64,000 nt of DNA from Dehalococcoidia bacterium (GCA_030740155.1 JASLXV010000038.1:64001-128000), one strand, 5' to 3'; shown: positions 28,035 to 38,329, counted from the first letter of the stretch. Numbers and translations are program-made. The notes: a model not told the origin generated them from the letters alone.

Positions 28035-29366
28035 GTGAAGCTCAGAACGATTCAGGGCATCGAAAGCGCGGAGGAAGTCCTGGTCCGGGTTGACCCCCTG
28101 GACCTGAGCACTCTGCCCGAATCCGTTTTGGCCCGGACCCGCCAGGCCTTCGGGGACGGGGTTACCCCGGAGCAGTCGATAGTGCGCATCCTCCGTGAGG
28201 TGCGCGCCGAGGGGGACCCGGCGGTCCGGCGCTACACCCTGCTGCTCGACGGCCTGGATCTGGACGAGATAAGAGTCACCGAAGCGGAGATGGCGGAGGC
28301 GCGGGCCCAGGTGTCAGCCGAGTTGCGCCAGTCCCTAGAGCTGGCCGCCGCCCGGATCAGAGAGTTCCATCAGGCCGTCCTGCCTCGGGACTGGCTGGAC
28401 GATGAGAAAGGCCTGGGAGAGTTGATTCGCCCCCTGGACCGGGTGGGCCTGTACGCGCCCGGCGGCACCGCCGCCTATCCTTCGACCGTGTTGATGACCG
28501 CCATCCCGGCCCGGGTCGCCGGGGTGGGCGAGGTGATTCTGAGCACACCGCGCCGGGGAGGCGAACCGCTCAACCCGGCGGTGCTGGTGGCGGCCGAGAT
28601 CGCCGGGGTCGACGCCGTGTACCAGATCGGCGGCGTGCAGGCCATCGGGGCCATGGCCTACGGCACCGAGTCGGTCCCCAAGGTGGACAAGATCTGCGGT
28701 CCCGGCAACATCTTCGTAGCCTACGCCAAGAGGATGGTGCAAGGCCAGGTGGACATCGACGGCGTCTACGGCCCCACGGAGACCATCCTGGTCGCCGACG
28801 AGACCGCCAACGCCGGGTTCTGCGCCGCCGACCTCATCGGTCAGGCGGAGCACGACCCGCTGGCGACCGCCATCCTCATCACCACCTCCGGCAGCCTGGT
28901 GAAGGCCGTGGAAGGGGAGCTTGACCGCCAGTTGGCATCCCAGTCCAGGGGGGAGATGGCCCGGGGAGCGCTGGAGCGCCAGGGCCGGGTGGTGCTGGTG
29001 GACACGGTGGACCAGGCGGTGGACCTGGCCAACCGCATCGCCCCGGAGCACCTTTGCCTCATGGTTCGGGACCCTTGGGCCTGGGTGGGCCGGGTGAAAC
29101 ACGCGGGAGGCCTCTTCCTGGGAGAGTTTTCGCCGGAGGTCATGGGAGATTACATCGCCGGTCCGAGCCACGTAATGCCCACGGGGGGCACCGCGCGTTT
29201 CAGCTCAGCCCTCAGCGTCCACCAGTTCCTGCGCACTATGCCGGTGGTGGGCTTGAGCCCCGAAGACTTTCGCCGGTTGGGTCCGGCGGCGATCAAGATA
29301 GCCGAGGCCGAAGGCCTGGCCGGCCACGCCAGCGCCATCACCGTGCGGTTGGCCAGCCTGGGATGA
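28035..29366 (+). CDS. hisD: Histidinol dehydrogenase
   Basis: GLYAPGG, GPGN, QAEHD, APEHL, GDYIAGPSHVMPT. Confidence 0.97.
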   Translation: MKLRTIQGIESAEEVLVRVDPLDLSTLPESVLARTRQAFGDGVTPEQSIVRILREVRAEGDPAVRRYTLLLDGLDLDEIRVTEAEMAEARAQVSAELRQSLELAAARIREFHQAVLPRDWLDDEKGLGELIRPLDRVGLYAPGGTAAYPSTVLMTAIPARVAGVGEVILSTPRRGGEPLNPAVLVAAEIAGVDAVYQIGGVQAIGAMAYGTESVPKVDKICGPGNIFVAYAKRMVQGQVDIDGVYGPTETILVADETANAGFCAADLIGQAEHDPLATAILITTSGSLVKAVEGELDRQLASQSRGEMARGALERQGRVVLVDTVDQAVDLANRIAPEHLCLMVRDPWAWVGRVKHAGGLFLGEFSPEVMGDYIAGPSHVMPTGGTARFSSALSVHQFLRTMPVVGLSPEDFRRLGPAAIKIAEAEGLAGHASAITVRLASLG

Positions 29367-29662
29367 GAAGCCGGGCCCGTGAAAATGTGACCTTTCCCAG
29401 CGGCAGCTTCAAGCCCAGCTACTGAACCATGAATCAGCCGCCAATAAGAGCAAGGAGCACAATCCGTGATGCTCCCCCTTTGGTAAAGGGGGATACAGGG
29501 GGATTTCCCCCTCAACCAAACCGTCGATCCAAGAGTCAGCAATCTTCAGGCAGGCTGGTGGACTCGGGTTTACCAGGCCCCTGAATTTCGGACAGAAGCG
29601 GATCCTTACGTCCTGCCCGGTCACCTACGCCGGCAGGTAACTTCCCGGGAGGTGGACAACAG

Positions 29663-30763
29663 GTGGGAAAGATGAACGACGTTAGCGGCCTCATGTTGCC
29701 TCACATACGCCGTCTGGAAACCTACGAGGGCGTGCAACCGATGGAGGTCATGGCCCAAAGGGCCGGCATACCCGCGGACCAGGTGATCCGTCTCAACGGG
29801 AACGAGAACCCCTACGGGCCGTCTCCCGGAGTGGTGGAGGCGCTGGGCAGCTTCCCGAACTTCAACCACTACCCCGACCCGGACCAGAGAAAGCTTCGCG
29901 AGGTCCTTGCCGGTTATCTTAGGGTGCCGGCGGAGCAGATCGTGGCCGGGAACGGTAGCGACGAGATCATCGACCTGCTGATGCGGATGTTCGTCGGCCC
30001 CGGCGAGAACATCGTCATCCCGTCCCCCACCTTCGGCATGTACGCCTTCTCGGCGGACATCTGCGGCGGAAAGACCGTCGAGGTGGACCGGGACGAAAGC
30101 TTCGAGATCGACGTGGAGGCGATGAAGCGGGCCGTCACTCCGAAGACCAAGGCGTTCTTCCTCGCCTCGCCCAACAATCCCACGGGAAATATCGCCACCG
30201 AGGCCCAGATTCTAGGCCTGCTGGAGACCGGTCTCCTGGTAGTGGTGGATGAGACCTACTACGAGTTTTGCGGCCACACGGTGCTGCCCCTGCTGCGGGA
30301 GCATCCCAACCTGGTGGTCCTCCGCACCTTCAGCAAGTGGGCCGGGCTCGCCGGGTTGCGCATCGGCCTGGGGGTGATGAATCCGGACCTGGCCAGGGCC
30401 ATGATGAGCATGAAACCCCCGTACAACGTGAACCTGGCCGCCGAGGTGGCCCTGCTGGCCTCGCTCCAAGACATTCCAGGCCTGCTGGGCCGGGTGCGGA
30501 GCATCGTGGCCGAGCGGGACCGGGAGATGGGCCTGCTCCGGGAAATCGAGGGACTGAAGGTTTGGCCCTCCCAGGCCAACTTCATTCTGTGCGGGCTGCC
30601 CGAAGGGAAAGGAAAAGAAATTTTCGATGGTCTTTGCAGCCGGGGCATCTTCCTGCGCTATTTCAGTACCTCGAGGCTGAAGGACCACATCCGGGCCAGC
30701 GTTGGGCTGCCCCACGAGACCGATGCCGTGGTCCGGGCCTTCGCCGAGCTGATCGGCGGGTGA
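29663..30763 (+). CDS. hisC: Histidinol-phosphate aminotransferase
   Basis: LNGNENP, YPD, GNGSDE, SPNNPTG, DETYYEF, RTFSK..GLAGLRIG. Confidence 0.96.
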   Translation: MGKMNDVSGLMLPHIRRLETYEGVQPMEVMAQRAGIPADQVIRLNGNENPYGPSPGVVEALGSFPNFNHYPDPDQRKLREVLAGYLRVPAEQIVAGNGSDEIIDLLMRMFVGPGENIVIPSPTFGMYAFSADICGGKTVEVDRDESFEIDVEAMKRAVTPKTKAFFLASPNNPTGNIATEAQILGLLETGLLVVVDETYYEFCGHTVLPLLREHPNLVVLRTFSKWAGLAGLRIGLGVMNPDLARAMMSMKPPYNVNLAAEVALLASLQDIPGLLGRVRSIVAERDREMGLLREIEGLKVWPSQANFILCGLPEGKGKEIFDGLCSRGIFLRYFSTSRLKDHIRASVGLPHETDAVVRAFAELIGG

Positions 30764-30824
30764 CGGAAATGGGACCAATTGGAACCAACAGGGAGTCTGT
30801 TCTGCAGAGGAGAAACGGTCAAGG

Positions 30825-31658
30825 ATGACCAATAAGGATATTGTCCTGGCAACACTCGGCCAGGCTGAGAAACCCAACTGCGACGATTGCGTCTCAAAGC
30901 GATCCCAAGTCCGGCCCCGTCAGACGGTCAACCAGATTTGTTCATCGCTGGGGCGGCAGGGCATCCTTCGCCGCGAGAAGGTACCCTGCGGCGATTGCGG
31001 GAAGCGGAAGCTGACCAGCATCATCGTTCAGTGCCCGCCGGCAAGCCTGCCTCCCGTCCGGGAGCCGAGGTTGGCGTCCCTGATCCGAGAGACCGGGGAG
31101 ACCAGCGTCAACATCTCCATCAACCTGGATGGAACGGGACGATACAAGGTGGACACCGGCAACGGCTTCCTCGACCACATGATCAGCCAGGTGGCCCGCC
31201 ACGGATTGATTGACATAACGCTGAAGGCCCGGGGCGACGTTCACACCGGGTGGCATCACCTGGTCGAGGATGTGGCGATCATGCTGGGGCGGGCCTTTCG
31301 CGAGGCCCTGGGTGAGGCCCGGGGCATCCGGCGCATGGGCCACGCCATCGTGCCCCTGGACGAGGCGCTGGCGTTGGTGGCCGTGGATTGTAGCGGCCGG
31401 CCCCACGCGGCGGTGGAGACCACCCTGGACGATACCATGGTGGAGACGCTGCCCGGCGACCTGATCCGGCACTTCCTGGAGTCATTCGCCGTCGAGGGCA
31501 GAATCAGCCTGCACGCCAAGGTGCTGGCCGGAGTCAGTCCCCACCACAAGGCTGAGGCCCTGTGCAAAGCCCTGGCCCGGGCCCTGCGGGACGCGCTGGA
31601 GCCGGACCCCAGGGCCCCCGGGCAGGTCCCCAGCACCAAGGGGACCATCGACAGCTAG
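30825..31658 (+). CDS. hisB: Imidazoleglycerol-phosphate dehydratase with N-terminal Cys4/HTH-like extension
   Basis: RETGET, GFLDHM, HHLVED, PLDEAL, HHKAEA, PSTKG; about 78 extra N-terminal residues with CDDC...CGDC. Confidence 0.93.
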   Translation: MTNKDIVLATLGQAEKPNCDDCVSKRSQVRPRQTVNQICSSLGRQGILRREKVPCGDCGKRKLTSIIVQCPPASLPPVREPRLASLIRETGETSVNISINLDGTGRYKVDTGNGFLDHMISQVARHGLIDITLKARGDVHTGWHHLVEDVAIMLGRAFREALGEARGIRRMGHAIVPLDEALALVAVDCSGRPHAAVETTLDDTMVETLPGDLIRHFLESFAVEGRISLHAKVLAGVSPHHKAEALCKALARALRDALEPDPRAPGQVPSTKGTIDS

Positions 31659-31661
31659 GAG

Positions 31662-31961
31662 CCAGGCCGGTCTCCGCGAAATGGGCTTACAATACCCGAG
31701 CACGCGACTTGGTCCTTGGCACGGCCTCCTCTCCCTTTGGGAGAGGATTGAGGTGAGGGCGGTGCCGAGGCTCGTGGGCCAAGCCCTTCGCGGCTGGCGT
31801 ACCGTCCCGATAATAGCCTTAGAAGGGCGGAACCAGGCGACAACCCTTCTCCGCCCCTGTCTTTCCGGCGCAAGCCGGAACCCAGAAAAGGGCAAGCTGG
31901 ATCCCGGCCTTCGCCGGGATGGCGGGCCGGGTATCAAGCCATTTGCGGGACACTACACAAG
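31662..31961. mobile_element. Degenerate/composite MITE family A copy carrying extra repeats
   Basis: Right end CTGGATCCCGGCCTTCGCCGGGATGGCGGGCCGGGTATCAAGCCATTTGCGGGACAC matches the reverse complement of the 27694 left end. Confidence 0.6.
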
Positions 31962-32006
31962 GGCCTTGTGCGGGTGAACGGCTGCCCTGCGTCGTCACCC
32001 CAGCCC

Positions 32007-32777
32007 CTACCGGCCCTTTCTGGACAGGAAGTCGGGGAAGGCCTCTTCGACCCCGTAGCCCTTCACCTTCTCGGTGGTGAAGATGCGCTCGTTGTCCCAC
32101 TGCCGGTGAAGATCGCAGCCCATATCCTGGAGGAGCAGCTCCTTGACCCCCATGACCGACTCGTGGCGGTTGGCGGCGATGGTGGTGGCTATCTCCATGG
32201 TCTTGGCCCGTAGCTGGTCCGCCGGCACCAGGTGGTTGAGCAATCCGATGCGGTAAGCCTCGTCGGCCCCCACGACGCGTCCGGTGAACAGCAGCTCCTT
32301 GGCCATGGGCCAGCCCACCTGGTTGGGGAGGGTCCAGGTGCAGTTGATCCGGCCATAGGCGGCGGCCAGGAAGCGGAATATAGTGTTCTCGCAGCCGATG
32401 CGGAAATCCAAAGACGACGCCAGCACCGAGCCGCCTCCGTAGGCCAGGCCGTTCATCATGCCGATGACCGGCTTCGGGCAAGCGGAGATTTCATAGGAAA
32501 ACTGGGATCGCTGGGCGGAGTTCCGGTCCCGCTCTTCCTCGCTCAGTTCTTTGGCATCGGTGCGCTGTTGATGAATGTCAGCGCCGGCGGAAAAAGCGCG
32601 GTTACCCGATCCGGTGATGACAATGCAGCCGATGTCGTCGTTTGTACTCGCTTTGACTACCGCATCATGTAGCTCAAAGCTAAGCTGGCGGGACAAAGCG
32701 TTGAGGACTTCTGGGCGGTTCAACGTGATGATGGTCACACCGCTGTCTTGTTCCACCAGGATGTGCTCGTAAGGCAT
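32007..32777 (-). CDS. Enoyl-CoA hydratase/isomerase (crotonase) family protein
   Basis: ITLNRPEVLNAL, AFSAGADI, PKPVIG..NGLAYGGG, ELLFTGR; ATG 32777 after SD GGAGG. Confidence 0.9.
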   Translation of the reverse strand: MPYEHILVEQDSGVTIITLNRPEVLNALSRQLSFELHDAVVKASTNDDIGCIVITGSGNRAFSAGADIHQQRTDAKELSEEERDRNSAQRSQFSYEISACPKPVIGMMNGLAYGGGSVLASSLDFRIGCENTIFRFLAAAYGRINCTWTLPNQVGWPMAKELLFTGRVVGADEAYRIGLLNHLVPADQLRAKTMEIATTIAANRHESVMGVKELLLQDMGCDLHRQWDNERIFTTEKVKGYGVEEAFPDFLSRKGR

Positions 32778-33183
32778 GCTTTCCTCCTGAATAATGGGCA
32801 GCGATTTTTCCGGCCTGCCGGCGGAGCTTGGTCGGCGATTCGCCGAGCTTGCGCCTCGCGGGCCGGGCAAATCTCATTGTACGGAGTGAAGCCGGGACAG
32901 TCAATTTGCCCTAAAAGTTTGCCCTAATTTCGCCCCAGAGGGTTATGGTACACTGCTAGCAGGCGCGGCCCGGGCCACTCTTCCTCCCGTTTTGCCGCGG
33001 CCCTGGTAGATGATTGATCTTGCTTCGACGGGTGATGCCGATTACCCCATCCTAACCTTCCCCTTCGTAAGGTTAGGGAACTATCCTCTCCCCTTTGCTA
33101 AAAGGAAGATAAAAGAGGGGGTCAGTTCGAGTACCGGCCGGCTGTCGTGGCCCCATGTTTCGAGAACTCAGGAGGTGGTCACC

Positions 33184-34878
33184 GTGGCCGAGAAACTGAA
33201 GGCCGGTGAGGCAGTAATCGAACTGTTGCGCCGGGAAGGCGTATCCCACATCTTCGGCATCGTGGGGTCTTCCTTCCTGGACATACTCGACCCTCTGTAC
33301 GACCGGGATGACATCCAGTTCATCGGGGTCCGTCACGAGCAGGGGGCGGCGCTGATGGCCGACGGCTACAGCCGGGTCACCGGTGCGCCCAGCGTCTGTC
33401 TGGTCACCAACGGCCCCGGCGTCTTGAACCTGTCCTTCGGCGTTGCTTCGGCTTACGTGGCCCACTCGCCGATGGTGATACTGGCCCCCTCGTCGTCCCG
33501 GGAGCACCAGTACCGGGACTCAACTCAAGAGTTCGACCAGGTTGCCCTGTTCAAGCCAATCACCAAGGCTGCCTTTCCCGTCAACAAGATTGAGCGGTTG
33601 CCCGAGGCCATCCGGCACGCCTTCCGAGTGGCGACGTCGGGCAAGATGGGGCCGGTGTTGCTGGACATCCCCCGTGACCTGATGCCCGGCGCTGACTTGG
33701 AGATCGACATGCTGCCCCCCGATACCTACCGCTCCGGCCAGACCAGGGCTCGCGGGGACCGCAACCTGATCGAGAAAGCGACGAATCTGCTGCTGTCTGC
33801 CAAGCGGCCGGTCATCCTGGCCGGGGGTGGTGTCGTGTGGAGCGCCGCCGCCGCCGAGGTTACCCGCATGGCTGAGCTGGTGGGCGCGCCCATCGTGACC
33901 TCCTACGGCCGGGCCGACGCCGTGCCCAACGACCATCCCCACTATCTGGGACATCTGGGCCGGCTGGGCGCCGTCGAGGGCATCGAGGCCGCCCGGCAGG
34001 CCGACGTGATCCTGGCCGTGGGCACCCGCCTGGGCCAGTCCACCACCTTTTACGACAACCGCTATATCCCGGCCGACGCCCAAATCATCCAGATCGAGAT
34101 CGACCCCCAGGAGATCGGACGCAACTACCCGGTCGCGGTGGGCATCGAAGGCGATGCCAAAGCGGTGATGCAAGGGCTGCTGGAGGTGGCCCAGCAAGGG
34201 GAACCGCGTCCCAATCCAGCGTGGGTTTCGGAGATAGGCGACTGGTTCGCCCGAAGGAAGCAGCGGCTCGATGATGAGGGAAAGCTGAACTCCACGCCCA
34301 TGAAACAGCAACGGGCCTACGCCGAAATTCGCAAGGTGTTGCCCCGGAACACCATCGTGGCTCTGGACGCCGGGCTGTCCCCGAACATGGGGCAGGACCG
34401 CCTGAACTACTACGAGCCCCGCAGCTTGCTGACCTCACTGGACCTGGGCGGACTGGGGTTCAGCTTCCCCGCGTCCTTGGGGGCCAAGTTCGGCGCTCCC
34501 GACCGGCCGGTGGTGAACTTCAACGGCGACGGTGGCTTCATGTTCAACGCCCAGGAGTTCGAGACCGCCGTCCGCTACGGATTGCGGGTGGTCACGGTGG
34601 TGATGAACAACGGCTGCTGGGGTTCGGAGAAGGCTTACCAACGGTACGCATTCAACGAGCGATACGTGGGAGCGGATACCAGCAACCCCCGGTTCGACAA
34701 ATTCGCCGAGCTGTTCGGCGGCGCCGGTTTCTACGTGGAGCGCCCCGAGGACATCGGAGACGCCTTCCTGGAAGCGCTGAAAGCCGACGGGCCCAGCATC
34801 ATCGAGATTCCAGTGGACCCGGACGAGCTGCCGCGCCCGGCACGCCTGGCTGACGTCCAGGCTCCCAAGGACCGCTAG
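33184..34878 (+). CDS. TPP-dependent enzyme, sulfoacetaldehyde acetyltransferase-like / acetolactate synthase superfamily
   Basis: FGIVGS, RHEQGAALMADGY, GDGGF...NNGCWGSEK. Confidence 0.85.
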   Translation: MAEKLKAGEAVIELLRREGVSHIFGIVGSSFLDILDPLYDRDDIQFIGVRHEQGAALMADGYSRVTGAPSVCLVTNGPGVLNLSFGVASAYVAHSPMVILAPSSSREHQYRDSTQEFDQVALFKPITKAAFPVNKIERLPEAIRHAFRVATSGKMGPVLLDIPRDLMPGADLEIDMLPPDTYRSGQTRARGDRNLIEKATNLLLSAKRPVILAGGGVVWSAAAAEVTRMAELVGAPIVTSYGRADAVPNDHPHYLGHLGRLGAVEGIEAARQADVILAVGTRLGQSTTFYDNRYIPADAQIIQIEIDPQEIGRNYPVAVGIEGDAKAVMQGLLEVAQQGEPRPNPAWVSEIGDWFARRKQRLDDEGKLNSTPMKQQRAYAEIRKVLPRNTIVALDAGLSPNMGQDRLNYYEPRSLLTSLDLGGLGFSFPASLGAKFGAPDRPVVNFNGDGGFMFNAQEFETAVRYGLRVVTVVMNNGCWGSEKAYQRYAFNERYVGADTSNPRFDKFAELFGGAGFYVERPEDIGDAFLEALKADGPSIIEIPVDPDELPRPARLADVQAPKDR

Positions 34879-35001
34879 GGCAAATTCAATCACCGCGGAG
34901 TCGCGGGGCGCGCGGGGCAGGCACGGAAGATCATCTTCACCCTTGTTCTCCCGGAATCCTCCGCGACTCGGTGGTGTACTTTTTCAGTGGAGCCTGGGGC
35001 G

Positions 35002-35346
35002 ATGCAAAAAGCTGTTATTCCAGAGGAAATCGATATAGACGGGAACGCCATCATTATCCGGTGGTATGATGGCCATCGAAGCCCGTACCCGCATCGATAC
35101 TTGCGGCTGCGGTGCCCGTGCGCCGGCTGCGTGGACGAGATGACCGGCCGGCCTACCCTCGACCCGGATACGGTCCCCCAGGACGTGCGGGCCGTGGACC
35201 AGATACCGGTGGGCAACTACGCGGTCCAGTTCCTGTGGAGCGACGCCCACTACACCGGCCTCTACACCTACCAGATGCTCCGCGCCGCCTGCACCTGCAT
35301 CGCGTGCAACGCGGCCCGCGCTGAAGCGGAAACTGCCGGAAGCTGA
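35002..35346 (+). CDS. DUF971 (GBBH N-terminal-like) protein
   Basis: W.DGH.S.Y..YLR..CPCAGC, VGNYAV...WSD.H.TG.Y. Confidence 0.85.
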   Translation: MQKAVIPEEIDIDGNAIIIRWYDGHRSPYPHRYLRLRCPCAGCVDEMTGRPTLDPDTVPQDVRAVDQIPVGNYAVQFLWSDAHYTGLYTYQMLRAACTCIACNAARAEAETAGS

Positions 35347-35739
35347 CAGTTGGAGTTCAACCGCCATCGAACCGCTGATGGCCCGCGGCGCTGTCACCAG
35401 AAGCGGCCGGCTGTTTGCGGATCGTAGCTGAGCCGGCCGGGTTTTGCCGGCCGCCGTTCTCCCAGCGGCGGTGAGCCCTGGGAACGAAGTACGCCAGGTT
35501 GCAAATTTGTGAATGGTCGGTCAAAATCCCCCCAGATTATTTTGAATTTCCTAGGTGACTCCGGCATCTGGGTGCTATGCACGCGCCCTCACCCTCGTTC
35601 CCTCTCCCAACAGGAAAGGGATGCCCTGGCGCAGCCTGGGCTGGGTGAGGGCCGCGGCCCCTTGCCCCTGTGACATTGGGGGTCCAATGCAAGGCGTTCG
35701 AGCTATCTGGAAACGAGCCCAAGACTTATGAGGTGCGCT

Positions 35740-36867
35740 ATGAAGAGAGTTACTGAGGTCGCCATCGTGGGCGGTGGAGCCGCGGGGTGCTCCGTCGCTT
35801 ATCACCTGGCCAAAGCCGGCATCAAGTCGACCATCATCGAGCGGGAGGGCATTGCCTCCCAGGCCTCCGGGTTCTCGGCGGGCGGGCTGAATCCATTGCA
35901 GGGCGCCGGCATTCCGGGGCCCCTCGGTCCCTTCGCCATGGAGTCTTTCCTGATGCATCTCGAGATGTTTGGGGAGCTTCAGTCCGGGACCGGCATCAGC
36001 TACGACGGGCGGATAATATCTCTGGTGAAGGTGGCCTTCGACGAAGCCGGACTCCCTGAGCTTCAGGATACCTTCGACATCTTCACCGGCGCCGACGACG
36101 CGTTCGAGGCCCAGCTTCTGGAGCCCAAAGATGTCATGGAGTGGGACCTTCGGGTTGCCCCGGACGTCATTCGTGGAGTCCACGCCCGGGGCAACGCCGC
36201 CTTGGACAGTTACAAGTACACGCTGGCCCTGGTCCAGGCCGGTGAGAAGCTGGGGGTCACCGTTCGTTCCGGGACGGTGCGCGGGTTGGAGCGCACCAAC
36301 GGAAGGGTGACCGGGGTGCTGCTGGGAGAGGGAGTGCTTTCTTGCGACGCGGTGGTCGTCGCCATGGGACCCTGGTCCCGGGAAGCGGAGGCGTGGCTGG
36401 ACACCACTATTCCGGTGGACCCCTTGAAAGGTGAGATTCTCCGCGTCGAGCTACCCGATCGGCGTCTTTCTCCCGACCTCTCCGGCGCCGCGGGCTCCTT
36501 CCACCCGAAGCCCGACGGCCAGGTGTTCTGCGGCAGCACCGAGGCGTGGCAGGGCTTCGACCGGGAACCCAGCGACGCGGCGCGCCAGAACATCACCACC
36601 GACTCGGTCAGGCTGATGCCGGACATGGCTCAGGCGCGGTTGGTTCTGCACACCGCCTGTCTCCGGCCGGTGACCGCCGACTGGCTGCCCATTATCGGGC
36701 TGGCTCCTGGTCACGAGAACGTGTACCTGGCGACGGGCGCGGGCAAGAAGGGAGTCTTGTTGAGTCCCGGGATTGGGAAGGCAGTAGCCGATCTAATCTC
36801 CCACGGCGAGACGCCGCTTTCCATCGGTCCCTTCGACCCGCAGCGATTCGTCGGGACCGGAGACTAG
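35740..36867 (+). CDS. FAD-dependent oxidoreductase (glycine oxidase/DAO family)
   Basis: IVGGGAAG, ASGFSAG, PLKGEI, LRPVTADWLPIIG, ATG...GVLLSP. Confidence 0.88.
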   Translation: MKRVTEVAIVGGGAAGCSVAYHLAKAGIKSTIIEREGIASQASGFSAGGLNPLQGAGIPGPLGPFAMESFLMHLEMFGELQSGTGISYDGRIISLVKVAFDEAGLPELQDTFDIFTGADDAFEAQLLEPKDVMEWDLRVAPDVIRGVHARGNAALDSYKYTLALVQAGEKLGVTVRSGTVRGLERTNGRVTGVLLGEGVLSCDAVVVAMGPWSREAEAWLDTTIPVDPLKGEILRVELPDRRLSPDLSGAAGSFHPKPDGQVFCGSTEAWQGFDREPSDAARQNITTDSVRLMPDMAQARLVLHTACLRPVTADWLPIIGLAPGHENVYLATGAGKKGVLLSPGIGKAVADLISHGETPLSIGPFDPQRFVGTGD

Positions 36868-36878
36868 CAGAAATACTC

Positions 36879-37856
36879 ATGATCGGCGCCAAGCAAATGA
36901 AAGCAACGATCGCCGTGACGGACACAACGGTTGAGTGCCCGGTAGAAGAGTGCTCCACAATAGTGAAACGGCAACGCAAGCAATTTAGGCGAACGCAGGA
37001 TTTTCTGTGTCCTGCTCATGAAATCTGTATTTCGCCAACGACGTTCGTGTATGGGAACGAGACGGACAATCTCCTGTGGACCGACCCTGAGGACCTGGAT
37101 CTTCTTCGCCGGCTTAATGTAGTCAAACGCGAGAGCCGCATGGAGCATGACAACAGCGAAGACGCTGTGACCTGGAACGTGTTCCGCTACCTGGAGAAGA
37201 CGGAGCAACTCTCTGACTTCCTGTCGTCCATGATCAAACGCCGAGTAGGCAACGCGGAGCTAATATACTGGTCCTACGGTCAAGAAGTAGATAGGGTGTG
37301 GCCGGAACTGAAGAAAGCCAGGAAGGAATTTGGTGAACACTCGGGACGAGGCACTGAGCCCGATTTGATCATCGTCACCGACAATGCGTTGTTCTGGGTT
37401 GAAGCAAAGCTGACCGCCTCGAACGATACTTGCCCCAGTAATCCTCAAGACAGAAAAAAGTACGAGTCAGGTGGCGACAAATGGTATGAGCAGGTATTTA
37501 GCTCCGAGTTTGAAGTGCTGGCGATCAGAGAGAAGAAATACGAGTTGATGCGCATGTGGCTCACGGGAAGCTGGGCTGCGGTGCCGTTGAATCGTCGCTT
37601 CTACTTGGTCAATCTGGTCCGGGCAGAGAGCGAGAAAGACATCGAGCCCCGCTTTGGGCCGCACCTCAAGATGGACGCAGAGAAACGCTTCCTGCGCTGG
37701 ACCTGGGAGGACGTCTACTACTTCGTCTCGAAGAATGCCCCACCAAGCCCCGAGAAGCAAAAGTTCATGACATATTTTGAAAACAAGACGATCGGATACA
37801 AGCAAGTCCGTGGTTCGGAAAGCTGGGAGCTGCAACTGGCCTTCCACCTAACTTGA
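36879..37856 (+). CDS. Hypothetical protein, PD-(D/E)XK nuclease-like with N-terminal Cys/His motif
   Basis: SEDAVTWNVF, TEPD...VEAKL; CPVEEC...CPAH; lower GC than neighbours. Confidence 0.6.
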   Translation: MIGAKQMKATIAVTDTTVECPVEECSTIVKRQRKQFRRTQDFLCPAHEICISPTTFVYGNETDNLLWTDPEDLDLLRRLNVVKRESRMEHDNSEDAVTWNVFRYLEKTEQLSDFLSSMIKRRVGNAELIYWSYGQEVDRVWPELKKARKEFGEHSGRGTEPDLIIVTDNALFWVEAKLTASNDTCPSNPQDRKKYESGGDKWYEQVFSSEFEVLAIREKKYELMRMWLTGSWAAVPLNRRFYLVNLVRAESEKDIEPRFGPHLKMDAEKRFLRWTWEDVYYFVSKNAPPSPEKQKFMTYFENKTIGYKQVRGSESWELQLAFHLT

Positions 37857-37866
37857 GAATTAGGAG

Positions 37867-38247
37867 ATGAGAATGCCTCGAGGAATCCGCATCACGGCCG
37901 GCCCTGTCCAATTGAATGCCCAGCTTAACGGCACCGAAACGGCGGGGGCCGTCTGGGATGCGTTACCCATAGAGGAGCCGGCGGGCACCTGGGGTGACGA
38001 AATCTACTTCGGTATCCCGGTGGAGGCAGACCTGGAGGCGGGCCAGGAGGTGGTGGAGATGGGAGACCTGGGCTACTGGCCGCCGGGCAATGCTTTCTGC
38101 ATCTTCTTCGGGCGCACGCCGGCCAGCCGGGGCGACGAGATACGCCCGGCCAGCGCCGTGACCGTGATCGGGAAGGTTGAGGGAGACGCCACCGCGTTCA
38201 AGCAGGTGAAACCGGGCACCCCGGTGGCCATCGAACGGGCCGTCTAA
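37867..38247 (+). CDS. Cyclophilin-like fold protein (DUF369 type)
   Basis: WGDEIYF, GDLGYWPPGNAFCIFFG.TP, PASAV. Confidence 0.85.
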   Translation: MRMPRGIRITAGPVQLNAQLNGTETAGAVWDALPIEEPAGTWGDEIYFGIPVEADLEAGQEVVEMGDLGYWPPGNAFCIFFGRTPASRGDEIRPASAVTVIGKVEGDATAFKQVKPGTPVAIERAV

Positions 38248-38329
38248 CGCGTCCTTGACGCAGGTGAACCGTCTACAATCTCATCCAATAACCAGCCGCC
38301 GAAGGTCGATAGGTCCGACTTCGTCGAGA

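Noticed and set aside
36546..36878. N-terminal extension of the nuclease-like ORF
   Set aside because: It overlaps the FAD oxidoreductase in another frame; the real start is probably 36879 or 36897.
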